NCBI RefSeq assembly: GCF_964188315.1
Contig: NC_135665.1
Coordinates: 40,238,001-40,302,000 of the forward strand
Length of the DNA: 64,000 bases
Reading direction: 5' to 3'
DNA from: Podarcis muralis
Taxonomy: Eukaryota
Position 1 is the stretch's first letter. Each line of letters starts with the position of its first letter. Shown piece by piece: positions 10,253 through 23,885 of the stretch. The notes under the pieces are model-generated. The model did not search any database. It was not told the DNA's origin and was given only the letters and a program-made list of their open reading frames with translations. A program made the position numbers and the translations under genes.

Positions 10253-12739
10253 CACACCAATCTATCTTAGGTATATACTGAGAAAATTCCTGCATGCAAG
10301 TAATTACTGTCCCTAATTGAAATAGTAGCACAACACCTTATAAGTTCAAGGAGCTCCTTCTACATATTTAGTAGGCTCCTTGGCATAGGCTGTGTTTACA
10401 CAATTACCATTCTTCTCCTGACCGTTTTTTAAACATTCACGGGCCATTGTGTTTTTCTGCTGTCTTGTGAACTGCAGTATCAAATATAGCAATCCTTTTG
10501 TTTACTTTTCATGATCACTTATCATGAAGAAAAGAGATGAGTTAAGGTTCCTTGTTCTTGCTAGGGATTCTTTCCAGACACTCTACTCACTTCAAGCTTT
10601 GAGTCATACTTTGTGTACACAAGCCACAGGATAACCGAGTTCAGAGACTGTTAACCTAGAGAAATTTGGTAAACAGCAGCTTTCCTGATGTATCTTTCAC
10701 AACTTTTGCCATACAGAATGACAAATTCATTCAAATGTTTTATTTTAATATATATTTTGGTCAGCATTTTTACAATCAAGAATTTTCCACCTAAACACTC
10801 TATTAATTTTATCCAACACAGTGTTTAGCAACTGTTAGACATAGTGTTTACTCTAATTTAACAACATCCATGAGGGAAAATATGACTGTAAACCATGCTC
10901 AAGGAGCAGTTCAAAGCACAACACAAGGACAACAACCCAGTTCATGGTATCAACTGATGTGTTCTGTGTCTTGTGATAACGCGGTTAATGGAACTTTTTT
11001 TGTTTCGGCATTGCATGTCACTCACCGCTCTCGTTACTCCCCCTGTTATGTATTAAACCTTAGAAGTATATTAACTGCCACACAGCTTGCCATGACAATG
11101 CATAACCTAGCCTAAACATCCGGTCTCACAAAATTGTGTGAAAACTGTCTGGGTTTTCTTGCAGAATGATATCCTGACACTTCTTTCTTGGAAAAGGAGC
11201 AATATTAGCAAGAGATCAAAGGGTTGTGTTTTTCTTTTCATTTCATTATAGCAACAGTGAAAACATGGTATGTTGAAAACTCTCTGGAGCATGGGGATGG
11301 CACAGAGGGAAAGGGTGAGGGGGAAGTCCCATTGTGCTATTTTGTTGTATATTGCCCACAGATAGAAAATGGCAGTTAAGTTGGTTCTAAATGAACCTTT
11401 TCCTGTTACTAAAAGGACTCTGATGTTCATATTATACCAACCTTTAAAAAAAAAAAAAAACCACATGAATGTTCATATAACTTCTTGGTTTTTTAATTCA
11501 AGCCAGTATGTAATGTTGCAACTTTTTTTCTAGCAGACCTTAAACTACTTTCCTTTAAAGAAGACTTCAAATTCATAATGGTGGGGTCCTAGCTCTTTAA
11601 TAGTTGCTTAACACAAATTTAATGGTAAGGGCATTTGTCAATTAACATAAGAAGTTTCACAGCTTGAATATCTGCTTGCCACCAACCCTAGCAACAAAAA
11701 ACGCTGGAGAGAGAAAAGAACAAAAAAACTTCTACCACACAGGCCTCTCCCAGTTTTCTAGTTTACTGAAGCTACCTGATTTAGTACAGATGACTAGTAC
11801 TCTTAAGTCCTCTGCTGAATGTACAAATAGGAAATAGAAGATGGTATAAATGGAAAAATTCAGTTCATCTCTGAAACTACCTCACAGATTATATGACAAG
11901 ACAATTACATCATGCTATGCTCATTTTAACATGAGGAAGTAGCAGGGGAAAAGCAGTGAGTAATCCTGCCTGAAGTCAGAAGAAACTTTTGTAAAAACTC
12001 TCCTGCTTTCTACATGTCCCTTCTTGTGCCCTCAGCAAAGGAAGGCATGGCCTATTCATTAATAATCTTTGGGTGGCACAGCACCAGTCATGTGCTTTGG
12101 CATAAGCCTTCTAAGTGAAAACCAGACAGCCACAAAACTTGCTTAACTACTTTTCCTTCTCTTTCAAGCAGCAAGTGCTTATGGCATCAAAATTATATGC
12201 GAGAAATTATGTTACTAATGTCGTTTTATTTAAGTTGAAAAATAAAAAGCTGCAGAATCAGAGACATGGTCACAAAGGTTTCTTTAAAAAGTTGAAACAC
12301 CATATTTAGATAGATGAGAAAGAAACAGAACTCTGTGATGCTCATTTGCTTTCCATTGGACAACATATGGTACTCCTAATCAACATTAAAAATAATCATT
12401 ATCTATAATGTTGGACTTTACTCCAAACGAAACGGGTGTTTCTGAAGTAGGTAGATTCCTTTTGATACGAAGTTTCTAATGTGCCAAAAATACTCGGTAG
12501 AAAACATTTCTCTAGGAGACAACCTTATACTAGATGAAACACCCTTTACTCACTGTTACGCAGTTTAAATGCAGGCTTCTTCATTGCAAAACAGATATTG
12601 GGAGGAATAAGGCATTAGGAAACAAAGTAAAAGGAAGAAGCATGACTCCAGCTCATAAGGTTATGAGTCACCAAACTGACTTTACTACAAAAACATTTAA
12701 ATATAGTCGTCATTGTTTGGAGAGAAGAGTTAAGACCTA

Positions 12740-13210
12740 TTGCACACCAAGCACGGGGGAGGCAGGCAAGTGTGAGCAAGAACCAAACAAAGGCAGGATA
12801 TGGGCGAAAAACGAGGCCACAGCTTTATTGGTTACCAGCACTGTGGGGTTTGGGCATGGCATGGGGCAAGGATCCATTCTTCCAGGCAGTCCACCAGCTG
12901 GCCCAATCTCTCATCCAGCCTGCCTCCTTGGGCAACCTGACGAAATTCCAGCAGGTGGTTTTCCACCACACAGTGGATCAGTTTCAACCATAGATAAAGT
13001 TGCTTCCCAGCCCTATCAACCAACAGCTGTTTGATACCCCTCCCCCAATGTATTTCACTGAGAGTAGGTGGGTCAGTTGGTGGTGGCTTCAGAAGCTTCA
13101 GGGCTGCTGCAGTCCCAGGTTTTATAGCCCAGGTGCACATAAAGGCCAGCACAGGCTTCACCCTGGTCCACACCCAGATCCCAGATCTGGCTGCAGGGCT
13201 CACCAGTCTG
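12740..13210 (-). mobile_element. Possible solo LTR
   Basis: GC-richer ~470-bp island with AATAAAGCTGTGGCC on the minus strand, resembling lizard LTR R/U5 motifs; termini and TSD not resolved. Confidence 0.3.
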
Positions 13211-13689
13211 GCTATGGATTAGAATCAGGTCTATGCCCTTGTTTGCTTCTTCAGTACTGCTTTGCTTCTATTTCTAGCTCAGTAACAGTAGAAGACAAGC
13301 CACCCCCAGGTATGAGCTGTATACATAGTTTATTGCACACTAAGAACTGCAGAGTCATAATTTCGACCTCAAGCTTGTGACATGTTTGCCAAATATGGTG
13401 GCCACCACTATTTTAAGAATGGGAAGTAATAAGAAATTGATCTGTGTTTTATACTCAACATACTTTTTGACATGCTCATGGAAACTCATGCTCATTCAAA
13501 CAACTGCTTTAGTATTACTGTACAGCCTAGTACTACTTTGCATAAATACTTTTTTTTTTAATTCAGACTTCTTAGTGTTTAAAATCCATTTAGCTTACTT
13601 GCTAAAAAGTATGATTGACTCTTGGTGATCAGGTAGCCATTCCACCAGTACTAATAAGAACTAAGTTGTGTTATGTGATCCCCAGGACG

Positions 13690-14065
13690 TGCTCTATTGG
13701 GAGCTGGCTTCAGGCACTGGGCCATTATCAGACCAACTCTGTGTCACAAAGATGTATGCAAATGTGACATGAAGGCTGACAACATTAACCCCGCGATGTA
13801 GGAATCCCTTGCAGAAAACTGCAGTGCCTGAAAACAAGTTCTGTATTCAGAGCAGTGACCAAAGGAGGAATGACCACAGGAAAGAATGCAGAAAGAAGAA
13901 ATGCATTGGAACACCTGCATCAGGACAACCTGACACCTTCATTTGCTCCAAGTGCAACAAAACATGTCTCTCCTGTATTGGTGTTTAAAGCCAGTGCAGG
14001 CATCACCCCAAAGGTGTATTCTTTCACTGTCTCTCAAGACAAACGGATGCCAACCAACCATAGAT
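13690..14065 (+). mobile_element. RTE-clade LINE 3' end (non-BovB), degenerate
   Basis: Degenerate LYWELASG...KDVCKCDMK...FICSKCNKTCLS (C-terminal zinc knuckle), followed by the tail GTCTCTCAAGACAAACGGATGCCAAC. Confidence 0.7.
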
Positions 14066-16005
14066 TCTCACATACCTTTTCTTTTCACATTTAGTTCCAA
14101 GCCCATGTGTGTTTACTTAGGTGTAAGCCTATGAATGGCCACTGAGGGGTAACTGTGGAACTTGCTTTAAGGTACTTGTACTGCAGTCTTGGGTAAAATT
14201 AACCAGTAAAGTGATTTTGTAGTACAGTAATCAATGTACATTGCAACATTTTAAACAACTGAGCATTTAGACACATGAACTAGTGAAAAGGGGAGTCATT
14301 TCTTTTAATTACAGAGGGTTAAATCCAACACTGCCTTCCATTCACACAATTTAGTATCCTCTCCTCCCCCTACAATCCCCTTCCCAGCCTTCCAGTACAT
14401 GTTTTGGGTTTTTTTTGGGGGGGGGGATGCTGCAGTGGAGAAGTGAGGAAGTCCAAGTCCTTTTGCAGTAACAAGACATCTGTTCCCACTTGTGTGCAAA
14501 CACAATTAGATACAACCTAGAATAATTAATTCAGAACTGTGTTGAAATGAATATGGATTATAAAATTTTAGGAATAATAGGCATTGGGGAAAAACTGTGT
14601 AGGGACAATTAAGGAAGAAAACGAACTATGGCATTTTTACTGACACCAGACCTGATGAAATAACACCTTCAGACAATAACAGCTAGTACGGATAAACTGC
14701 AGTACAGTTTGCTTTTTTGAACCTTCTCCAATGGGCAAATCAATATGGAAGTAATCTTAGTGTCCCAAACTTCTGAAACTTGTTTCTATCTATTGGGACC
14801 AGTGCCTATCTTCAAACTGCTACTATTCTACATCTGCTGTTTCTCTGCTGGATCATTTTCAACAGAATCACAAGTCTCTTTTCCCCTGATGATTAAGATT
14901 TCACCACAAGCTGTTTTGCCCTTCCGTTTTATTCAGGTTTGAAACAAAGTGTTCTACCACAGCAGGTCTAAGTAATCATAAAGGATGTGAATGTTAATTA
15001 CACTCAATGGTTCTGAAAAGTAGTATCAATGAATACCAGCATCTGGAGCAGCTTGTAATTACTTAATCTGAAAATGTGAAGCTTGTGGTTTCTGAGAAAA
15101 TGAATAATATTAGGAACTGGTGTACGGGAATAAACTTATTCCTTATCAAATCTTGATTTCCATTTCCATATATCCAAATTTGTTTAAAACAAATGTCCTG
15201 CTAATACAAATAATAGACTGACTTAAAGTGCAAACTGTTGTATGAAAGCAGAGGCCACACCTAAGAATTATTCTAGATGTGAGATTAAATCCACTTGATG
15301 AACACAGGCAAGTCAAGACTAGATTAACCATTGGTCTGATTGTACATGGAATAGCCTGGCATCTATTGTATTTTAATTTTTTTTAAGCCAACAAGTTAGG
15401 ATATGTAATATACAAAAACAAAAAAGCTACAAATAAAGCCAACACCTTAAAGATTCATGAGGAAAGAAATTAACAATAAAGATAGAAGCAGAGTCTTTAA
15501 CAATCACTCTAAAATCTCATATAAAACCTACAATCCCAAAAGGAACTCTTTGGCAAATAAACATGGGTTACTTCAAATATACTGAACAACCAAATTTGTC
15601 CTCAGTGATATACCAATGTTGTTAATAAACTCAGCTCTCATATAATCACAAAAAATGATGTTCTGCTTTTCAGACCAACTGCCAAACGCAACAACCCAAC
15701 ACAATTATATGGTGATGTCACAAAATAAACAAAAAGTAAATTATTTAAAGTTCTTAAAAGTTATACAAATCTGTGCAATTCCCCCCTCAAAACCCCCCCA
15801 CCAAATTCACCACTTGAGAAATAATGTCCCCATTCACACTTAACATTAAGTCAAACCATGGCTTAGCATAACTGAGCAGATGCAACTGCCTTCAGTCTCA
15901 GTTCCTGCAGCTGCCATGCTACCTGGGGCTGAGCCATGGATTGACTATATGTTACAGCTCAACCAAGGTTTACATTTTTGTCTTTCTGAGCCGTAAGCTG
16001 TGCTA

Positions 16006-16121
16006 CTTAGAGGTGCCAGAACTCACCAGGAACACCTCCCTTGTTCTCATATAATGGCAGTGGCACCCACCTGAGGGGTGCCGAAACTGAGTTCCAGTGA
16101 GTTCCGGCTGAAAAAAAGCTC
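16006..16121. mobile_element. One end of a hAT-like MITE
   Basis: GAGTTCCAGTGAGTTCCGGCTGAAAAAAAGCTCTG terminus with GGTGCCGAAAC-type subterminal repeats; other end not found. Confidence 0.45.
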
Positions 16122-18082
16122 TGGCCAAAATAAAGTTTGATTACAGCTTGTGCTTTATCTGCAGCAAGACAAACCACAAGCCAAGGTTCAAATGTATTGC
16201 TAAGCCAAACCATGGCTTAGCCACCAATAGCACAGCCACAGCCAGCCTTGGGGAGAACCACTGCAGCCAAGATCTTTACATCAGGAAGTCACACATTTGC
16301 ATAAAATCATAGTTTGGCTTAGCAATATATGCAAAATGGATCAATGCACTACCATACCAAGGACAAAACTAACAAGTAAACAGAAAGCTTTTCATTGCTT
16401 GTTTGTTTATTAGTGACATTTTAAATGAAAAGTAATTCAAAGCAACTTACAAAAAACAGCACATGCATTTAAACAAGCATAAAACTAAAACAGAATAAAA
16501 ACTAAAAACACATTCATATTTATGAAGTGGCAGGGCTAACATATCCCATCCGCTGAAGGAGGCCATTTCATATCAACAGTTTGCATGGCACACTTTAGAG
16601 ACAGAAGGGAAAGGAAAGCACCCCAGTTTACTGATTCATCTGTAGTACAGTCACATGTGGTCTTCCCACAAACACTGCATTTGGTGTTCTTTTTATAGTC
16701 TCAAGCTCCAGTCCTGTATCTGGAAGAAGCATCACTCATGCCAAGCATCCATGACTCCATAGTATGTCAGCAATGTGGTGCCTCAAGGGCCTGGAAGAGG
16801 TAACTGTACCATTTGGGGCGGGGGAGCTTAGGTCCTATCAAGCTTTCTGAGGTCTGGGGTTCTGAATCTTCAAAGGGAAACAGCCCACTGGGCAGTGGAG
16901 GATCAGGACGTAGAAAAACAGTGCAAGGGGAAAGAACTATACTTAGCAAAGTAGAAAATAGGTGTGCATATGCCCAATGATTATTTTCACTGGCTGAGCC
17001 AATGGTGGATTATACAGAACCAATACAAAAATTAAATACTAAAGTTAGACTGGAACACAAAAGAAAATAATCTGTTGCTTATATGTGGCATGTGACATTA
17101 AAACACTGGATTCATAGCATACCCGGTTGCCATTTAACACTTCCAACTTTGTGTTTCCAAGCCAACCTGCTATGTGCCATAATGAAGCAGCCCTACTTGG
17201 GAAAGGCACACCCTTTTGGTCTCTAAGCACACTAATCAATTGTGGGCTCCCGTGCAGTGAAGTTGTGGGTGGATGAGCAGGCAGCAAATAATAACACAGA
17301 GCCGTGTGGATTAAAATTATGCCACAACTTTACTGATTACAGAAGTATAGGTTTAACATAAGCATTAGGCATGGATCCATTACTCAACCAGTCCACTTGC
17401 TGGCTGATATGCTGTCAGCCAACAGGTGGGGATTGGTTCACGATGTGACCTACTTCTAGTAGACCTGATTTGGCCACTGGCAGGGATACTATGGCCCATC
17501 AGCCCCTGAGCTGGGCTTCAGGACGAAAAGCACCACCTCCACAATCCCTTCCCTATCTCTCCCAACTAAGGATCCAGCCAAATGTCTCTCCCGCCATCAA
17601 AGGTTGTGACGATTGCTATGAGGTAGGCTAAAGCCACAAGCCAAAGCAAATTTTCTTGTGAGCAAAATTTCTCCCCAGCCCTGAAACCAGCAGTCCATAG
17701 CAAAGTCATTGGTCAGCAAACCCATTCCTGCAAAGAAGAGGTAAATTAAACAGGGGGTGGGAGGCTGAAAAAAAGCCCAGCGCAACTGGTTAGGCAAGCA
17801 AACAAGGCATGCCTTCTATAGGCCAGGAGCGGACCAAATGGAACAAAGTCTTCTGTCTGGTCTGCTCCATGGCTCAGCGCCCTCAGGACACCCAACTAGC
17901 TCCTTGAAGTCCCATCCAGCCCCCATTTTCCCACAACGAGCCTGAGACACTGGCCATTCCCCTCACCATGTCAGGCCACAAATGGCACTCCTCAAGTAAA
18001 TCAGGAAAGATGATATTCTTTTTTCAAAACAAAAAAAAAATCCTTCCAGTAGCACCTTAAAGACCAACTAAGTTAGTTCTTG

Positions 18083-18120
18083 GTATGAGCTTTCATGTGC
18101 ATGCACACTTCTTCAGATAC
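18083..18120 (-). ncRNA. Minimal hammerhead ribozyme motif in PLE pLTR
   Basis: GUAU-CUGAAGA-A-GUGUGCAUGCACAU-GAAA-GCUC-AUAC on the minus strand. Confidence 0.65.
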
Positions 18121-18501
18121 ACTGAAACAGAAGTTGCCAGATCCTTCTATATAGTGAGAAGGTGGGGAGGGGTATTACTCAGAAGGGTGGTGGGAATGGG
18201 TGATTGGCAGATAGCTGTGATGAGCCTGTTGACGACTCTTAACGACTGCAATAGGTCTTACAGGAAAAAGCAAGGGGTGAGAAGGTGAAAAATGGCTTTG
18301 TCATGTATAATGAGATAAGAATCCAATGTCTTTGTTCAGACCAGGTCTCTCCATGGTTTTAAGTTTGGTAATGAGTTGCAATTCAGCAGCTTCTCTTTCC
18401 AGTCTATTTCTGAAATTCCTTTGTAGTAAAACAGCTACTTTGAGATCTTGTATAGAATGTCCTGGGAGATTGAAGTGTTCTGGGAGATTGAAGTGTCCTG
18501 T

Positions 18502-18539
18502 GTATCTGAAGAAGTGTGCATGCACACGAAAGCTCATAC
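18502..18539 (+). ncRNA. Minimal hammerhead ribozyme motif in the inverted pLTR
   Basis: GTAT 18502-05, CTGAAGA 18506-12, stem II 18514-27, GAAA 18528-31, GCTC 18532-35, ATAC 18536-39. Confidence 0.7.
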
Positions 18540-18869
18540 CAAGAACTAACTTAGTTGGTCTTTAAGGTGCTACTGGAAGGAATTTTTTTTATTGGAAGAG
18601 TGTTATTACGATCATGACTGCTTCTGGGCTTCCCACAGATCGGCCATTCTGATAACAGAAAGCTGGACTAAGTAGACCCTGGTCTGAGTTCACCGCAGCT
18701 TTAGTTATGCTCATAAGAAGAGTTTAGCAATGTGTCCACATCCGTGCTAACTATGGTTCAGTTTAAACGGGGTAGCATTTAATTGACTCAAAAATGTCCA
18801 CTGGTTCAAAATACAACAGCCAGATTCCTGCCTAGGGTTCCATTTATTGCTATTGTTATCTCTGCTTTA

Positions 18870-19960
18870 TAACAGCTGTACTGGTTGCCAGTTGGTTTCT
18901 AGGCCTAATTCAAGGTGATCACATTCATGTTTAAGTCCCAAATGACTTAGTCCTCAAATATATGAAAGACCATCTTCATTATACACCTTTAGGTGCCAAG
19001 CAAAACTGTCCCTCTTTAACCAGGCCTTTGGCTGACTGATATCCAATGCCCTTTTAAAATGTGTTGGGGAGGGGGTGGGTACTGGTTGCTGTTTTTTATT
19101 ATGTATTTTGTGTTTTTATATTGTAATTTTATGTTGTAACCGCCCTGAGACCTATGGGTATAAAGTGGTATACAAATTTAATAAATAATAATATTTATTT
19201 ATCAGAACCACTCAGGTATTAAAATCAACAGAGTTTTTCCAGAGGTTTGGGATGTGTGTGTTAGGAGAGCGTATTCTCTGTGGCAGCCCTTACATTGTGG
19301 AATTCCCTACTGTGAAGGAGGGGTCTGGCACCTTCTTTACAGAGCCTCTATCCTATGTTGAAGGCATACCTCTTTACCCTGGCCTTTTGACACCTGATAT
19401 ACATTTTTAGGAACTACCCTAGTCCTGTGACTCTCTTGTTTTAAACTGTTTTGAATTTTAAATTGTTGTAACCCACTACGGGACCTTATGGTGAAGGGCA
19501 GGTAATAAAGTGATTTATTATTAATAATGATGATGATGATGATGTATCCATAAACAGATGCAGACTGTACCCAAAGTTTCCAAGAGTCAATAGACTATTT
19601 ACACATCAGTAAACCATGAGTTACACTAGCCTAAGTACTAAAATGGGTCTTCTCTGTTGTGGTGCCCTGGATGTGGAATTACCTCTCTATGGATGTGCAC
19701 CTGTCACCTTCACTGGTGGTCTTCTGGTCCCAGCTGAAGATCTATGGTTTCCCTTCAAACTTTGGAAGTTGTGCATTAACTGAATTCCAAAAGTGGATGA
19801 GTTGCTACTGCTATATTAATTTTTTATTATTGTAATTTGTTTTATATAATGTTTATATATTTTAATATGATTGTATGATGTGTATCTTTTATTTGATTGC
19901 TTTCAAACCCACCCTGGGATTCTAGCTAAAGGCAGTCTAAAAATACATAAATAACTACAT
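18870..19960 (+). mobile_element. Cluster of old L2-type LINE 3' ends
   Basis: Repeated degenerate (LWNSLP-like)-coding segments followed by TTGTAACC..CCCTG / AATAAA / (ATG)n or (AAT)n tails. Confidence 0.5.
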
Positions 19961-20836
19961 GTGAGGCATAGTGTAAAAAACACTTGTTAGCTCATTTCTA
20001 ATCAGTTTTTTGTTTCTTCTAACATAGCTCTAGTTTCTAGTTTCTATCAAATTCACTAGTTATGTACTTCAGATTAGATCTTGTCATTATTCTGTTATTG
20101 CTTCTGACTGAAGTGAGAAAAGCTGTAGTTACAGAAATGTATCTTAATACTTGACACACAAGTAGTATCAATACATAGACCAATGAAAACATCCTGCCAA
20201 AATTCAGAAAAAAAACTGATTAAATACTAATCAAGCTGTCACTCAACAAAAAAGGAGCCCATTATCACAGGTTAAGCAAAAGCACCAGATTAATGCAATC
20301 ATTTCAAAAATAATAATCCAAACTTTATTTACATGCCACATTTCTCTAGTTATTTTAATTGTCTTCCAGAAAAACATTTTCTGATAAACAGAAAAATCAC
20401 AGTATTAACAAGTGGCACTCCCCCCCCCCCGCCCCAGTTAAATTTCTTCCTTCTTTCCTTTCTGGAAAAAAGTGAATTAGATATAGAACATTAATTTGAA
20501 ACTGAACTTTCTCTACAAAAGAGTTATTTACTAACCTTGAAACAATAAAAGGTTCAGTGATTAGATTTCATTGATGCACAAATCCAAATACTGAAACTTT
20601 TTCCCCTCTACCTATAGTTAAGGTAGCCATAAGTCTACAAACTAATTATAGCCTACTGAGTGTTAAAAGTAGCATGAAACCTCAAAACAAAGAAGGCGGA
20701 AGTGCTGAAGCAGTATTTACCTGCATTACAAGCTATTCGGCAACTGTATGCGGCCAAAATTTATTTACATTTTGAAAACTTTATAAGAACGGCAACAAAC
20801 AACTAGAAGCATAAGCTTCCTGAACTCAGTTTTTAC

Positions 20837-20928
20837 CTTTGTGTTCGGCGGAGTCTGTTTCCACTTCTCAAATGAGGCATTGTAAAACTTGAGAACACAG
20901 TCCAAAAATGTGGATCAGACATATCCAT
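20837..20928 (-). CDS. MAST4: MAST4 alternative N-terminal exon (MDMSDPHFWTVFSSFTMPHLRSGNRLRRTQ + AG, phase 2)
   Basis: Translation matches the recalled MAST4 isoform start MDMSDPNFWTVLSNFTLPHLRSGNRLRRTQS; donor AG|GTAAAA at 20836; possible acceptors ending at 20937 and 20933. Confidence 0.85.
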
Positions 20929-22879
20929 ATTCCTTCCTTAAACACACAAGTTGTGTTTTTCCCCTTTAAAAAAGGAGGTATATATACAAAAAGAAAAAAA
21001 GGGAAATAATCCCGATTTGATTATCCTCCTCCCCACTGAAAATGTAAACATTAGCTCCACTCAAGGCAACTTTAAAGCACAGCAAAGCAGCTGGATACTA
21101 TAGGCTTCCTTAGTAGCGAACAACTTTCTGTTCTCAATTATAAATAAATAAAAAACTTGTCCTTTTCTGGTTAAATGATCTGATGCGTATGCTGCCAAGC
21201 TTTAAATAAAAATTACAATAGTTTTAGCCCTCCCATTCTGCTGAAAACCCTGTCCTTGTACGTGTGATTCAGCCAAAGGTACTTTGTCATCTGTTTGGAA
21301 GATACCATTCAGGTTCATTCAAAGGGGGGAAGGTTATAATCTTTGTTTTTTTTCTGTAGCTTTCTTGGTGGTCATAATTTCAACGTGGAATTTTGTTTTA
21401 AAAGTCTCATTAAATAAACAACATAGCCAGTTTTAATTCCTTTAGTATTAATGAATAATAAATCTAAAAGTTCACATAGTTGTTCCCCCCCATGCTACTT
21501 CAGAAATGAGATCATCTTTCAGAGACTTTTCCAAGACTTAAACCTATCACTTTTGATACTATCTTCCTGATTATTGAGAGGCTGTGAACAAAATCAGGGT
21601 CTCCTTTACTGCAGAAGAAAGAAAAAATCTTCCAACTTTAATCTTTCCACTGCAAATACACATTTCTTCCAGAATTCTAGCAGTCACTGATATAAAAAGG
21701 AGAGGATTTCAGTAAGAGGCTTGCAAAAAGCTTTCTTTCCCCCCAACCAGAGGGTACTCGAAGCACCTTTTCTACGTAAAATGGATGCCTTATTCATCGT
21801 GTGATCACCACTCATGTTCAAAGCAGAAAAAATAAGTCATTCACCCCAGAAGTGTTATTGTACGGAACATAAAATAGGCAAAATAGGAATTCTATTCGTA
21901 ACTAAAACCAGTAAATTTGTATGTTTGTCTTAAAGAAAAGTGACACCAGGGAGTTCCATGTTAAATCTGTAATTGTTAAATAACAGATGTAACTCTACTT
22001 GCTCGGCTGGGAACTTATTAATAATTGGCAATGCTGCAATACCTGTACCATGGGTGAGGTGAACAGACCAAGAGTGGGAGGAGAGGTATCCTGCCACCCA
22101 TCTCAAAACTAAAACTCATTGCCCATTCATTCCAGCACTGAAAACAAAAACAAAAGAAAAAAGAAAAGCCAGAATACAGGGTGTGGCAGGAGAAACTATT
22201 TAATAACTACAGCTACACCTCATACTTTCTTCCACTTGGAGGCATCTTGAGCACCTACTCATTAGTCCCAATACTAATTCTTGCAGCTTTGCAGTTTTAT
22301 ACCCTTAGCCACATTTGGATTCATATGCCAGAATCATCTCTCATTCTCACTTTGTTCCTTTAACTTCAGTTCATGCTCTATCACCTTACTCCAGTTTTCC
22401 ATTCTTGTGTTACCCTAGTTCTAACGCTGCCCTAGTTTCCTCCTGTACAAAGAAGTACGCCTGGCTATTTTCAAAAGCAGTAAATTGGATACAGTCTTAG
22501 TCATGCTTAGAACAAAAATTATTTCTAAGCATGACAAATGCTACAATCCTAACTTCACTGAGAGTCAGCACTTATCTTCATTGCTATTGGAAATGTAAAG
22601 GCATTTTCTCATGGCTACCACACATGATGCAGTGCAAAGCAAATCCTATCTCCCTTGTGAAACTGCATGTAAACAATTTCCCTTTTTTTTATTTCAGCTC
22701 TGGCTGCTTCACCAGCTATAGCCCCTTTTGGACAGAGATGACTTGTCCTTCATGCTCTGATAGATTATGTGCTCTACATGTGGTTGCCCTTGAAGGCAAC
22801 TCAGAAACTTCAAAGGATCCAAAATGCACCAGCCAGATTGCTGGATGGGGTTCTGTTTAGATCTCAAACAACCCCTGCT

Positions 22880-23885
22880 CTAAAACAGCTCCAATGTTCA
22901 TTTCTGGGTGCAATTCAGGATTCTCATGTTAGTATTTAAAGCCCTAAATGACCTGTGCCCAAAATACCTGAAAGGCTGCCTCTTTTCCCACAGACTCTTT
23001 CAGATGCTAAGATCAGCAGAGGGGGTCCTCTTGTTTGTTCCACTACCTGCGGAAGTTTGGGGACAGGAGAGGGTGTCTTCCCTGTTAGCCCCTAAGTTGT
23101 GGAACTCCTGCCCCACAGAGATGCTTCTGGCATCTTCCTTATACGGGTTTTGGGAAATGCTGAAGATGCACCACTTAACCCTGGCTTTTCAGATGGATAT
23201 TTTAAGAACCCACCTTATTTCTAGATTCAGGTAGGTAGCCGGGTTGGTCTGCCGCAGTAGAACTATATTTAAAAAATAAACAAAATTGTACAGTAACACC
23301 TTGGAGACCAACTAAGTTTGTTCTCGGTCTCTAAGGTGCTACGGGACATTTTTAAAATTATTTTTATAAATGTCCACCTTATTTCTGTGATTTTAAGTTA
23401 TTTTAAACTGTTTTCAATATTGTTGTTTCATTTGCTGCCCTGGACCCTTAGGGTGAAAGGCAGATAAACAACAACATGCTTAGGTTCAAAATAATGTAAA
23501 GCTAACTTCTTTGGGGGGGGTTGCTCCATCCTTACAGAGCCATTGCTTTAGTAAGCAGCGGCTAAAATTGGCTAAACATTTGTACAACGCTTTTAAGTAT
23601 TCAAAGTGTATTCTTTTCCCAACATTTTGCAGGTGAGGGAACTGAAGCTGAGAGAGAGTGGCTTGCCTAAGGCTGTTTGGTAACTACATTTCTACAAATT
23701 CAAAGTAATATGAGCTTCCTGGAGAATTTTTATTGGACCACAATACCTCAAGGACCATCTCCCCATATGAACTGATCTTTATTACGCATTTTATTTTTTC
23801 ATTTTATATTTTTATGTTGCGAACCGCCCTGTGATCTTTGGGTGAAGGGTAGTATACAAATGTAATAAAATACATACATACATAC
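22880..23885 (+). mobile_element. Degenerate L2 3' fragments plus an old PLE hairpin remnant (~23300-23345)
   Basis: QFRILMLVFKALNDLCPKYLK...LAPKLWNSCP is L2 ORF2-like; GTAACACCTTGGAGACC...GGTCTCTAAGGTGCTAC is a PLE-type hairpin. Confidence 0.6.

Larger units (their letters stand above)
18025..18590 (-). mobile_element. 5'-truncated Penelope-like retroelement (GIY-YIG C-terminus plus pLTR) with inverted terminal repeat
   Basis: Minus ORF ...HFNLPGHSIQDLKVAVLLQRNFRNRLEREAAELQLITKLKTMERPGLNKDIGFLSHYT* is a PLE endonuclease C-terminus; ~85-bp inverted repeats at 18040-18124 and 18500-18582. Confidence 0.9.

Noticed and set aside
12534-13380. ORFs of 123-166 aa
   Set aside because: No recognisable domain; they lie in a probable LTR/repeat remnant.
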